This document shows, piece by piece, positions 48,064 to 61,100 of a DNA stretch of 64,000 bases. Every line of letters starts with the position of its first letter. The stretch's first letter is position 1. Made by a program: the position numbers and the translations under genes. The stretch spans positions 1-64,000 of the forward strand of contig JAUCBJ010003098.1 in NCBI GenBank assembly GCA_032718475.1, given 5' to 3'. The stretch is from Nemertoderma westbladi. Its lineage: Eukaryota; Animalia; Xenacoelomorpha. The notes beneath the pieces are model-generated. The model was given only the letters and a program-made list of their open reading frames with translations, was not told the DNA's origin and made no database searches.

Positions 48064-49097
48064 TACTGCTTGATTATTCTGTAGCTGTTCAGTAAAAGTT
48101 GTGAAATTATCATGTGGATTTTCGTCCGACTATTGCTAGTTGAGGCTGGATAAGTCTCACCAGTTAAATGGTTTATGCGCCCTTGCCCTTTATTTACAAG
48201 ATTATCAGGTTTTCTCACATCATCATCCAGATATTCCATGGCATATTTTTCCTCTAATAAAAATTCTAGAAAATGTTCAAATCGCGACTGTCCTGAACAC
48301 TTATGTTTCAGTAGTGCCCATTCTCTTTTCTGAATAGTGGGTAATAATTTCTCTATTTTGCCAGTCATTGATGCTGTATTCATTTCCGATTCTAAATTCA
48401 TCTTTTTCAAATCCAACCAACATTTTTCCACCATATTTACCATATCTACAAATTTACCATTGCAATTCTCAGGAACCAGTTGTAACTTATTCAGCTCAGA
48501 CACAATAGAATCAATTAGTTTTTCTGGTATTCCATACTTTTTATCTAAGCGATAAAACATTTCATCAAAATTATTCCCAACACCTTCCACAGTACTTAAT
48601 GCTTCGCCTGTTAAACATGTACGCAATGCAAAGGGATCCTTACCATGCACATCTGTCATATGTGAGTTATAATCTGATTTGAACGTTGGATAATCTCGAA
48701 TTTTACCACTAAATGTTGGCGCATCTAATTTTTTAACTTTACAGTTTCCACTCTTCCCTCTTGCGGGTTTGTCATTATCAAGAGAAAATTTATTCGATAA
48801 TTTAGTACACATGGCTCTCGCATTACAAAGTTCCCCATAAATATTATCCAAATCATTATTAACCTCACCTACCTTTGCATTATCGGCGCCATCATCAGAG
48901 TCAAATAGACAAATATATCTATCATGGCTTGCCTCGAGCTCTGTATAAGCAGTTTCTAGATCCATAAGAATTCGCTGAAGTACTGGTATCATTTCGTCGT
49001 CGTCCTGTCTGGTGCAATCCATAAATTTTCCATAGACTCTGTGAAATTTTCCCTTGGCAGTTCCTCGTTTATGACGAAATTCTTTCCGGTTTTCCAT
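48063..49097 (-). CDS. gag: BEL/Pao gag N-terminal part (DUF1759-like), separated from the rest by a frameshift near 48130
   Basis: LDAPTFSGKIRDYPTFK, LRTCLTGEA, LDKKYG, IEKLLP...REW. Confidence 0.85.
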   Translation of the reverse strand: MENRKEFRHKRGTAKGKFHRVYGKFMDCTRQDDDEMIPVLQRILMDLETAYTELEASHDRYICLFDSDDGADNAKVGEVNNDLDNIYGELCNARAMCTKLSNKFSLDNDKPARGKSGNCKVKKLDAPTFSGKIRDYPTFKSDYNSHMTDVHGKDPFALRTCLTGEALSTVEGVGNNFDEMFYRLDKKYGIPEKLIDSIVSELNKLQLVPENCNGKFVDMVNMVEKCWLDLKKMNLESEMNTASMTGKIEKLLPTIQKREWALLKHKCSGQSRFEHFLEFLLEEKYAMEYLDDDVRKPDNLVNKGQGRINHLTGETYPASTSNSRTKIHMIISQLLLNSYRIIKQ

Positions 49098-49695
49098 CTT
49101 AGTCCAATGCGTCTGATAATTCGTATCCCATTGTGTTGAAATGTATCGTGAGATATGAAAAGTAGGTGCACGTTAAGGGTTGCAACTATATTCCTTTATG
49201 TTTCAACCTAAAATAATTCATATAACAATCATAATTCGCTTGACCGGAAATTATACAGAGTAAGTTTATTCACGGTAATTAACATATAATAATCTACAAC
49301 GATATACTAAATAATAAGGGTATAATGTGATAATCATATACTTACACAATAACGGGCATAACTATCCAAATTGATACCGACATTCAGGCATATCCTAACC
49401 CAGTCAAGTATACAGTATAAACAATAATATAAATATATGTATAAATCTTATCAATGTTGTACAAATTATATTCAATAAAATGAATGTCCAAGTATATCCT
49501 ATATGAGGTACACATCTCATAAACATTGTCCGTTTACAGAGAGCACCATAATTAAACAATTAATCAATGACCTGAATGCCAGATGTTTAACTTAATTAAT
49601 TGCAGTCAGTTACCCCATGCCCCTCTCAGGCATAGAGTGCAGTATTACAAGCCAATGTAATATGATTGGTAATCAATTTATCGTTTCACGATACA

Positions 49696-49867
49696 CTTCT
49701 CTTGGCTCGACCTCGGGTTCCAGGCGGCCCCCCTCATCCTGGACTGCCGGGTGACCCGTTACCGATGGGTCCGGCGTTGTGGGCCTGTACCGCCTGGTTG
49801 CGGCCTCGCGGATCGTTGATTCTTCGTCCGGGGTCCGCGTCGGCGTTGTCTCTCCCGACTGGCTCAT
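49696..49867 (-). pseudogene. Probable first codons of the outer element's gag, cut off by the BEL LTR
   Basis: ATG about 60 bp downstream of the 5' LTR. The GC-rich open frame MSQSGETTPT... runs into the BEL LTR. The assignment is positional only. Confidence 0.45.
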
Positions 49868-49929
49868 CTCGCTTGGTGGTTGGTGGCTGGTGGTTTAGCT
49901 GGCTAGGGGAACAGTTCCGATTTAATTAC

Positions 49930-50479
49930 TGTGACGGGATCCAGGAAGGATCCCGATTTATCCGGTTGTTTAATTCACTCGTCCCCGCCGTGTGTATGAA
50001 AGGTAAAAGGGGAATCCGTGTCGTTCGTTGTATATAATAACTGATATAGATATAGGGTATATAGATATAGGTGTACGGATAATGTTGTCGTATACAGAAG
50101 GCGGGATACGGTAATTAAAGTCCCGGTCCTTCCCTAGCTAAACTAACTAACCTAAACTAGCACCAATATTACACTGAGATAACTGAACTGATATGATTAC
50201 TGCCAAGTGGCTATATTGCACGGTTGGCCTTGTTACTCTACCTAATCGATGCCTTTCCCCCCTCTGATTGGTTGATACCCTTGTTGGCGCCCTTTGGAGT
50301 GTTTCCGTTCACTCCACCTGTTCTCTCTGGGTTAGGGGTTTGGCCCCTGACCCTCATTGTGTGTTTCCTTCCCATTTTGTTGGGGTGGCACGAGTTGGTT
50401 GATTACCCAATCTCGTGGCTCCCAATATTGCTTATCGGCTTAACTTTATGGGGTGTTAGCGGGATTGAATAAGCTAACA
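49930..50479 (-). repeat. 5' LTR of the outer element (550 bp)
   Basis: Homologous to 39222-39758, with several substitutions and indels. Confidence 0.88.
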
Positions 50480-51024
50480 AAAATAATTCAACCCTAAGTC
50501 CTGTCGGTCATATGAGGCTGCTACTATGTAGCCTACTATAGACTTACAGTCTTCTTTCTTATCAAATATATTCTTTCGAATTTTTGATAATAATATTAAA
50601 TGCTTCAAGAGTTAAATTATTCCTTATAAACGATTTTATTTTTAAATTGTTACTATTTCGATCGAATATACCTCATAATGGGATCAATAGGATTGCATTG
50701 ATTTCACTTTTTTCCCGGTGGAAAAAGGTCGAATAAAATATTCTTTGTGGAATTTCTTAAATCTAAGTAAAATAGGTTTGCAAGTAATTGTCTGTAATTG
50801 TAATTGTTTGAAAATGTCTGTAAAGCGAACTCCAAAACGGAACTCAATATCCAATATTGGTTTATGTAGTTAAGCGGCTCTCTAGTTACGTAATAAATAT
50901 TCGAGAACACTAAAGCATGCATCGAGAATAGTGAATAAAAGTTATACTTTTTTCCCATGTAATAAATAATAATATTTTTGTTATTTATACTTTAATTAAC
51001 GTTGAATTGCCGTTATGATTTTAG

Positions 51025-52151
51025 GTCTTGAAAGAAATAACGAGAGAAATAAAAGCCTTCTCTACGAGAAACAGATGGAAGATTTATTGGGAAGTGTTAA
51101 ACGTTTAGAGAACGAGAGAGCGAAGTCGCAACTGGAGTTGGAATCGCGTCCGAGGATAAAGGACTTCCGGATGTACCAACAGCGAGTCCGGAAGCTCGAG
51201 AAACTGTTGGAACGGCACAACATCCGAGTTCCGCCGACCGAGGAGCCGCTCAACGCCGTGGCTCGAAGGGAGATAGACGGGAGTTCGACTCGGGAGGACA
51301 TAGAGTTCATGGCGCCGGAGTTAGCGCGATCGACGTTGGTGGAAGTCGCCAAGATCCTCGACGCCAAGTCGGCGCGCGGCGTCGTTAAGGCGGCGCGCGG
51401 CCGCGCGGATACTCGGGAAAGATTGCGCGCCGCCGAGGAGTTCATAGAGTCGGTGGTGGAGCTGGTCGGGTTGGACGGGAGTAAACGGCACGAACCGCTG
51501 TGCGAGCGAACCCAACGGCAGGTCCTGCGGACGTTGGACGACCGGCTGTCGCAACTGCGACTCCTAGACGACCTCCGTAGCGCGGTGAACCAACTGGTCG
51601 CGGTAATCCTACCGGACAACCCGCCCGTAGAGAAGGAGACCTCCGTCGGTGAGATAAACTGTTACCTGGACTCCCTACGGAGACACATAGCGAAGCAACA
51701 GAACGCCTCTAGCGGCCCCAACCCGCACACACTACAGTCTATAGTGTCCCACTTCCAGCAACTGTTTGAGTGTAAGTCGTTGGAGGGGGTCTTCCCGCGA
51801 ATGAACGAGGTTTACACCCGACTCGAGGAGGTTAACAACGTGATGCGGAACCTCAAGGATATCGCCTGTCTGGACCAGCACTGCCACTCCACCGAGGTGG
51901 TCCACGCGCTCAAGGGGATAGTCGAGTCCTACAACGACACCACCAGCGAACAGTTGAGGAAGATACTCGAGTCGGACGATCTCCAGGATATAATGAGGAA
52001 GGTGGAAGTCCACGACGAGTTCTTCCAGCCGTTCTCCCATCTAATCACAGACCTAATGGAACTCCTAGACATTCATTCCATCGAGGATGTTTTACCGGCG
52101 GTTAGCGAGTTAAAACGCCTCGAACTCGGCGACTCGCAGTCCCAAAGCTAG
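51025..52151 (+). CDS. CEP70: Centrosomal protein CEP70-like, terminal coding exon
   Basis: Acceptor TTTTAG|G at 51024/5. Coiled coil ELESRP, then HFQQLF...GVFPRMNEVYTRLEEVNNVMRNL...HDEFF...VLPAVSELK, matching the CEP70 C-terminus as I recall it. Confidence 0.85.
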
Positions 52152-55100
52152 TTGAGTTAATTATTAGATTCTCCGACACTCAGTAACTTATTTAAGTGAG
52201 TTATTAGATTGTCCGACACTCGGTAACTTATTTAAGTGAGTTATTAGATTGTCCGACACTCGGTAACTCAGTTAAGTGAGTTATTAGATTGTCCGACGCT
52301 CGGTAACTTAGTTAAGTGAGTTATTAGATTCTCCGACGCTCGGTAACTTAGTGAAGTGAGTTATTAGATTCTCCGACGCTCGGTAACTATAATTAGTGAG
52401 TTATTAGATTGTCCGACGCTCCGTAACTTAGTTAAGTGAGTTATTAGATTGTCCGACACTCGGTAACTATAGTTAAGTGAGTTATTAGATTGTCCGACGC
52501 TCGGTAACTATAGTTAAGTGAGTTATTAGATTGTCCGACGCTCGGTAACTTAGTTAAGTGAGTTATTAGATTGTCCGACACTCGGTAACTTAGTTAAGTG
52601 AGTTATTAGATTGTCCGACGCTCCGTAACTTAGTTAAGTGAGTTATTAGATTGTCCGACACTCGGTAACTTAGTGAAGTGAGTTATTAGATTGTCCGACG
52701 CTCCGTAACTTAGTTAAGTGAGTTATCATATTGTCCGACACTCGTTAACTATAGTTAGTTAGTTATTAGATTGTCCGACGCTCGGTAACTTAGTTAAGTG
52801 AGTTATTAGATTTTCCGACGCTCCGTAACTATAGTTAAGTGAGTTATTAGATTGTCCGACGCTCGGTAACTTAGTTAAGTGAGTTATTAGATTGTCCGAC
52901 ATTCGGTAACTATAGTTAGTTAGTTATTAGATTGTCCGGCGCTCCGTAACTATAGTTAAGTGAGTTATTAGATTGTCCGACACTCGGTAACTTAGTTAAG
53001 TGAGTTATTAGATTGTCCGACACTCGGTAACTATAGTTAAGTGAATTATTAGATTGTCCGACGCTCGATAACTTAGTTAAGTGAGTTATTAGATTGTCCG
53101 ACACTCGGTAACTATAGTTAGTGAGTTATTAGATTGTCCGACACTCGGTAACTATAGTTAAGTGAGTTATTAGATTGTCCGACGCTCCGTAACTTAGTTA
53201 AGTGAGTTATTAGATTGTCCGACACTCGGTAACTTAGTTAAGTGAGTTATTAGATTGTCCGACACTCGGTAACTATAGTTAAGTGAATTATTAGATTGTC
53301 CGACACTCGGTAACTTAGTTAAGTGAGTTATTAGATTGTCCGACGCTCCGTAACTATAGTGAAGTGAGTTATTAGATTGTCCGACGCTCGGTAACTATAG
53401 TTAAGTGAGTTATTAGATTGTCCGACGCTCCGTAACTTAGTTAAGTGAGTTATTAGATTGTCCGACACTCGGTAACTATAGTTAGTGAGTTATTAGATTG
53501 TCCGACACTCGGTAACTATAGTTAAGTGAGTTATTAGATTGTCCGACGCTCCGTAACTTAGTTAAGTGAGTTATTAGATTGTCCGACACTCGGTAACTTA
53601 GTTAAGTGAGTTATTAGATTGTCCGACACTCGGTAACTATAGTTAAGTGAATTATTAGATTGTCCGACGCTCGATAACTTAGTTAAGTGAGTTATCAGAT
53701 TGTCCGACACTCGGTAACTATAGTTAGTTAGTTATTAGATTGTCCGACACTCGGTAACTATAGTTAAGTGAGTTATTAGATTGTCCGACGCTCCGTAACT
53801 ATAGTTAAGTGAGTTATTAGATTGTCCGACGCTCGGTAACTTAGTGAAGTGAGTTATTAGATTGTCCGACACTCGGTAACTATAGTTAAGTGAGTTATTA
53901 GATTGTCCGACACTCGGTAACATAGATAAGTGAGTTATTAGATTGTCCGACGCTCGGTAACTTAGTGAAGTGAGTTATTAGATTGTCCGACACTCGGTAA
54001 CTATAGTTAGTTAGTTATTAGATTGTCAGACACTCGGTAACTATAGTTAAGTGAGTTATTAGATTGACCGACACTCGGTAACTATAGTTAGTGAGTTATT
54101 AGATTGTCCGACGCTCGATAACTTAGTTAAGTGAGTTATCAGATTGTCCGACACTCGGTAACTATAGTTAGTTAGTTATTAGATTGTCCGACACTCGGTA
54201 ACTATAGTTAGTTAGTTATTAGATTGTCCGACACTCGGTAACTATAGTTAGTTAGTTATTAGATTGTCCGACACTCGGTAACTTAGTTAAGTGAGTTATT
54301 AGATTGTCCGACGCTCCGTAACTATAGTTAAGTGAGTTATTAGATTGTCCGACGCTCGGTAACTTAGTGAAGTGAGTTATTAGATTGTCCGACGCTCGAT
54401 AACTTAGTTAAGTGAGTTATCAGATTGTCCGACACTCGGTAACTATAGTTAGTTAGTTATTAGATTGTCCGACACTCGGTAACTATAGTTAGTTAGTTAT
54501 TAGATTGTCCGACACTCGGTAACTATAGTTAGTTAGTTATTAGATTGTCCGACACTCGGTAACTTAGTTAAGTGAGTTATTAGATTGTCCGACACTCGGT
54601 AACTATAGTTAGTTAGTTATTAGATTGTCCGACACTCGGTAACTATAGTTAGTTAGTTATTAGATTGTCCGACACTCGGTAACTATAGTTAGTTAGTTAT
54701 TAGATTGTCCGACACTCGGTAACTATAGTTAGTTAGTTATTAGATTGTCCGACGCTCCGTAACTATAGTTAAGTGAGTTATTAGATTGTCCGACACTCGG
54801 TAACTATAGTTAGTTAGTTATTAGATTGTCCGACACTCGGTAACTATAGTTAGTTAGTTATTAGATTGTCCGACACTCGGTAACTTAGTTAAGTGAGTCA
54901 TTAGATTGTCCGACACTCGGTAACTATAGTTAGTTAGTTATTAGATTGTCCGACACTCGGTAACTATAGTTAGTTAGTTATTAGATTGTCCGACACTCGG
55001 TAACTATAGTTAGTTAGTTATTAGATTGTCCGACACTCGGTAACTTAGTTAAGTGAGTTATTAGATTGTCCGACACTCGGTAACTATAGTTAGTTAGTTA

Positions 55101-58100
55101 TTAGATTGTCCGACACTCGGTAACTTAGTTAAGTGAGTTATTAGATTGTCCGACACTCGGTAACTATAGTTAAGTGAGTTATTAGATTGTCCGACGCTCC
55201 GTAACTATAGTTAGTTAGTTATTAGATTGTCCGACACTCAGTAACTATAGTTAAGTGAGTTATTAGATTGTCCGACACTCGGTAACTATAGTTAGTTAGT
55301 TATTAGATTGTCCGACACTCGGTAACTATAGTTAAGTGAGTTATTAGATTGTCCGACGCTCCGTAACTATAGTTAAGTGAGTTATTAGATTGTCCGACAC
55401 TCGGTAACTATAGTTAGTTAGTTATTAGATTGTCCGACACTCGGTAACTTAGTTAAGTGAGTTATTAGATTGTCCGACACTCGGTAACTATAGTTAAGTG
55501 AGTTATTAGATTGTCCGACGCTCCGTAACTATAGTTAATTAGTTATTAGATTGTGCGACACTCAGTAACTATAGTTAAGTGAGTTATTATATTGTCCGAC
55601 ACTCGGTAACTATAGTTAGTTAGTTATTAGATTGTCCGACGCTCCGTAACTATAGTTAAGTGAATTATTAGATTGTCCGACGCTCGATAACTTAGTTAAG
55701 TGAGTTATCAGATTGTCCGACACTCGGTAACTATAGTTAGTTAGTTATTAGATTGTCCGACACTCGGTAACTATAGTTAGTTAGTTATTAGATTGTCCGA
55801 CACTCGGTAACTATAGTTAGTTAGTTATTAGATTGTCCGACGCTCCGTAACTATAGTTAAGTGAGTTATTAGATTGTCCGACACTCGGTAACTATAGTTA
55901 GTTAGTTATTAGATTGTCCGACACTCGGTAACTATAGTTAGTTAGTTATTAGATTGTCCGACACTCGGTAACTTAGTTAAGTGAGTCATTAGATTGTCCG
56001 ACACTCGCTAACTATAGTTAGTTAGTTATTAGATTGTCCGACACACGGTAACTTAGTTAAGTGAGTTATTAGATTGTCCGACACTCGGTAACTATAGTTA
56101 AGTGAGTTATTAGATTGTCCGACGCTCCGTAACTATAGTTAGTTAGTTATTAGATTGTCCGACACTCAGTAAATATAGTTAAGTGAGTTATTAGATTGTC
56201 CGACACTCGGTAACTATAGTTAGTTAGTTATTAGATTGTCCGACACTCGGTAACTATAGTTAAGTGAGTTATTAGATTGTCCGACGCTCCGTAACTATAG
56301 TTAAGTGAGTTATTAGATTGTCCGACACTCGGTAACTATAGCTAGTTAGTTATTAGATTGTCCGACACTCGGTAACTTAGTTAAGTGAGTTATTAGATTG
56401 TCCGACACTCGGTAACTATAGTTAAGTGAGTTATTAGATTGTCCGACGCTCCGTAACTATAGTTAGTTAGTTATTAGATTGTCCGACACTCGGTAACTAT
56501 AGTTAGTTAGTTATTAGATTGTCCGACACTCGGTAACTATAGTTAGTTAGTTATTAGATTGTCCGACACTCGGTAACTTAGTTAAGTGAGTTATTAGATT
56601 GTCCGACACTCGGTAACTATAGTTAGTTAGTTATTAGATTGTCCGACACTCAGTAACTATAGTTAAGTGAGTTATTAGATTGTCCGACACTCGGTAACTA
56701 TAGTTAGTTAGTTATTAGATTGTCCGACACTCGGTAACTATAGTTAGTTAGTTATTAGATTGTCCGACACTCGGTAACTTAGTTAAGTGAGTTATTAGAT
56801 TGTCCGACACTCGGTAACTATAGTTAGTTAGTTATTAGATTGTCCGACGCTCCGTAACTTAGTTAAGCGAGTTATTCGATTGTCCGACACTCAGTAACTA
56901 TAGTTAAGTGAGTTATTAGATTGTCCGACGCTCCGTAACTATAGTTAGTTAGTTATTAGATTGTCCGTCACTCGGTAACTATAGTTAAGTGAGTTATTAG
57001 ATTGTCCGACGCTCGGTAACTATAGTTAGTTAGTTATTAGATTGTCCGTCACTCGGTAACTATAGTTAAGTGAATTATTAGATTGTCCGACGCTCGGTAA
57101 CTTATTTAAGTGAGTTATTAGATTGTCCGACACTCGGTAACTATAGTTAAGTGAGTTATCAGATTGTCCGACACTCGGTAACTATAGTTAGTTAGTTATT
57201 AGATTGTCCGACACTCGGTAACTATAGTTAAGTGAGTTATTAGATTGTCCGACGCTCCGTAACTATAGTTAAGTGAGTTATTAGATTGTCCGACACTCGG
57301 TAACTATAGTTAGTTAGTTATTAGATTGTCCGACGCTCCGTAACTTAGTTAAGCGAGTTAGTAGATTGTCCGTCACTCGGTAACTATAGTTAAGTGAGTT
57401 ATTAGATTGTCCGACACTCGGTAACTATAGTTAAGTGAATTATTAGATTGTCCGACGCTCGGTAACTTATTTAAGTGAGTTATTAGATTGTCCGACACTC
57501 GGTAACTATAGTTAAGTGAGTTATCAGATTGTCCGACACTCGGTAACTATAGTTAGTTAGTTATTAGATTGTCCGACACTCGGTAACTATAGTTAAGTGA
57601 GTTATTAGATTGTCCGACGCTCCGTAACTATAGTTAAGTGAGTTATTAGATTGTCCGACACTCGGTAACTATAGTTAGTTAGTTATTAGATTGTCCGACG
57701 CTCCGTAACTTAGTTAAGCGAGTTATTAGATTGTCCGACGCTCGGTAACTATAGTTAAGTGAGTTATTAGATTGTCCAAAACTCGGTAACTATAGTTAGT
57801 TAGTTATTAGATTGTCCGATGCTCCGTAACTTAGTTAAGCGAGTTATTAGATTGTCCGACGCTTGGTAACTATAGTTAAGTGAGTTATTAGATTGTCCGA
57901 CACTCGGTAACTATAGTTAGTTAGTTATTAGATTGTCCGACACTCGGTAACTATAGTTAAGTGAGTTATTAGATTGTCCGACACTCGGTAACTATAGTTA
58001 AGTGGGTTATTAGATTGTCCGACGCTCCGTAACTTAGTTAAGTAAGTTATTCGATTGTCCGACACTCGGTAACTATAGTTAGTTAGTTATTAGATTGTCC

Positions 58101-61100
58101 GACGCTCCGTAACTATAGTTAAGTGAGTTATTAGATTGTCCGACACTCGGTAACTTAGTTAAGTGAGTTATTAGATTGTCCGACGCTCCGTAACTATAGT
58201 TAAGTGAGTTATTAGATTGTCCGACGCTCGGTAACTTAGTTAAGTGAGTTATTCGATTGTCCGACACTCGGTAACTATAGTTAGTTAGTTATTAGATTGT
58301 CCGACGCTCCGTAACTATAGTTAAGTGAGTTATTAGATTGTCCGACACTCGGTAACTTAGTTAAGTGAGTTATTAGATTGTCCGACGCTCGGTAACTTAG
58401 TTAAGTGAGTTATTAGATTGTCCGACACTCGGTAACTATAGTTAGTTAGTTATTAGATTTTCCGACACTCGGTAACTATAGTTAAGTGAGTTATTAGATT
58501 GTCCGACACTCGGTAACTATAGTTAGTTAGTTATTAGATTGTCCGACACTCGGTAACTATAGTTAGTTAGTTATTAGATTGTCCGACACTCGGTAACTTA
58601 GTTAAGTGAGTTATTAGATTGTCCGACGCTCTGTAACTATAGTTCAGTGAGTTATTAGATTGTCCGACACTCGGTAACTATAGTTAAGTGAGTTATTAGA
58701 TTGTCCGACACTCGGTAACTTAGTTAAGTGAGTTATTAGATTGTCCGACACTCAGTAACTATAGTTAGTTAGTTATTAGATTGTCCGACACTCGGTAACT
58801 TAGTTAAGTGAGTTATTAGATTGTCCGACGCTCCGTAACATAGTTAAGTGAGTTATTAGATTGTCCGACACTCGGTAACTATAGTTAGTTAGTTATTCGA
58901 TTGTCCGACACTCGGTAACTTAGTTAAGTGAGTTATTAGATTGTCCGACGCTCTGTAACTATAGTTAGTGAGTTATTAGATTGTCCGACACGGTAACTAT
59001 AGTTAAGTGAGTTATTAGATTGTCCGACACTCGGTAAATTAGTTAAGTGAGTTATTAGATTGTCCGACACTCAGTAACTATAGTTAGTTAGTTATTAGAT
59101 TGTCCGACACTCGGTAACTATAGTTAAGTGAGTTATTAGATTGTCCGACGCTCCGTAACATAGTTAAGTGAGTTATTAGATTGTCCGACACTCGCTAACT
59201 ATAGTTAAGTGAATTATTAGATTGTCCGACGCCCGGTAACTTAGTTAAGTGAGTTATTAGATTGTCCGACGCTCGGTAACTATAGTTAAGTGAGTTATTA
59301 GATTGTCCGACACTCGGTAACTTAGTTAAGTGAGTTATTAGATTGTCCGACGCTCCGTAACATAGTTAAGTGAGTTATTATATTGTCCGACACTCGCTAA
59401 CTATAGTTAAGTGAATTATTAGATTGTCCGACGCCCGGTAACTTAGTTAAGTGAGTTATTAGATTGTCCGACACTCGGTAACTATAGTTAGTTAGTTATT
59501 AGATTGTCCGACACTCGGTAACTATAGTTAGTTAGTTATTAGATTGTCCGACCCTCGGTAACTATAGTTAAGTGAGTTATTAAATTGTCCGACGCTCGGT
59601 AACTATAGTTAAGCGAGTTATTCGATTGTCCGACACTCGCTAACTATAGTTAAGTGAATTATTAGATTGTCCGACGCCCGGTAACTTAGTTAAGTGAGTT
59701 ATTAGATTGTCCGACACTCGGTAACTATAGTTAGTGAGTTATCAGATTTTCCGACACTCGTTAACTATATTTAAGTGAGTTATTAGATTGTCCGACACTC
59801 GGTAACTATAGTTAAGTGAATTATTAGATTGTCCGACACTCGGTAACTTAGTTAAGTGAGTTATTAGACTGTCCGCTACTCGGTAACTATAGTTAGTGAG
59901 TTATTAGATTGTCCGACGCTCGGTAACTTAGTTAAGTGAGTTATTAAATTGTCCGACGCTCGGTAACTATAGTTAAGCGAGTTATTAGGTTGTCCGACAC
60001 TCGGTAACTTAGTTAAGTAAGTTATTAAATTGTCCGCCGCTCGGTAACTATAGTTAAGCGAGTTATTAGATTGTCCGACACTCAGTAACTATAGTTAAGT
60101 GAGTTATTAGATTGTCCGACGCTCGGTAACTATAGTTAAGTGAGTTTTTAAATTGTCCGACGCTCGGTAACTATAGTTAAGCGAGTTATTAGATTGTGCG
60201 ACACTCGGTAACTTATTTAAGTGAGTTATTAGATTGTGCGACACTCGGTAACTTATTTAAGTGAGTTATTAGTTTGGCCGACGCTCGGTAACTTAGTTAA
60301 GTGAGTTATCAGATTGTCCGACACTCAGTAACTATAGTTAAGTGAGTTATTAGATTGTCCGACGTTCGGTAACTATAGTTAAGTGAGTTATTAAATTGCC
60401 CGACGCTCGGTAACTATAGTTAAGCGAGTTATTAGATTGTGCGACACTCTGTAACTTATTTAAGTGAGTTATTAGTTTGTCCGACGCTCGGTAACTTAGT
60501 TAAGTGAGTTATCAGATTGTCCGACACTCAGTAACTATAGTTAAGTGAGTTATTAGATTGTCCGACGCTCGGTAACTTAGTTAAGTGAGTTATTAGATTG
60601 TCCGACCCTCGGTAACTTAGTGAAGTGAGTTATTAGATTGTCCGACACTCGGTAACTATAGTTAGTTAGTTATTAGATTGTCCGACGCTCCGTAACTTAG
60701 TTAAGTGAGTTATTAGATTGTCCGACACTCGGTAACTTAGTTAAGTGAGTTATTAGATTGTCCGACACTCGGGAACTTAGTTAAGCGAGTTATTAGATTG
60801 TGCGACACTCGGTAACTATAGTTAAGTAAGTTATTAAATTGTCCGCCGCTCGGTAACTATAGTTAAGCGAGTTATTAGATTGTCCGACACTCAGTAACTA
60901 TAGTTAAGTGAGTTATTAGATTGTCCGACGCTCGGTAACTATAGTTAAGTGAGTTATTAAATTGTCCGACGCTCCGTAACTTAGTTAAGTGAGTTATTAG
61001 ACTCTCCGACGCTCGGTAACTTAGTGAAGTGAGTTATTAGATTGTCCGACGCTCGGTAACTATAGTTAAGTGAGTTATTAAATTGTCCGACGCTCGGTAA

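Larger units (their letters stand above)
42996..49695 (-). mobile_element. BEL/Pao LTR retrotransposon with apparently identical 554-bp LTRs
   Basis: LTRs at 42996-43549 and 49142-49695 with 10-bp inverted termini TGTATCGTGA/TCACGATACA. Domain order gag-PR-RT-RH-IN. The ORF runs through the PPT into the LTR. Confidence 0.95.
39222..50479 (-). mobile_element. LTR retrotransposon (probably Ty3/gypsy-like) lacking gag-pol, carrying an exonuclease/Zn-knuckle ORF, with a nested BEL element
   Basis: TG...CA direct repeats at 39222-39758 and 49930-50479. Polypurine tract GGGGGGGAG on - at 39767-39759. No target-site duplication. Confidence 0.8.

Noticed and set aside
51062-52040. Antisense ORFs over CEP70, and similar ones over the GC-rich retroelement ORFs
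   Set aside because: Shadow frames produced by GC-rich codon usage on the coding strand.
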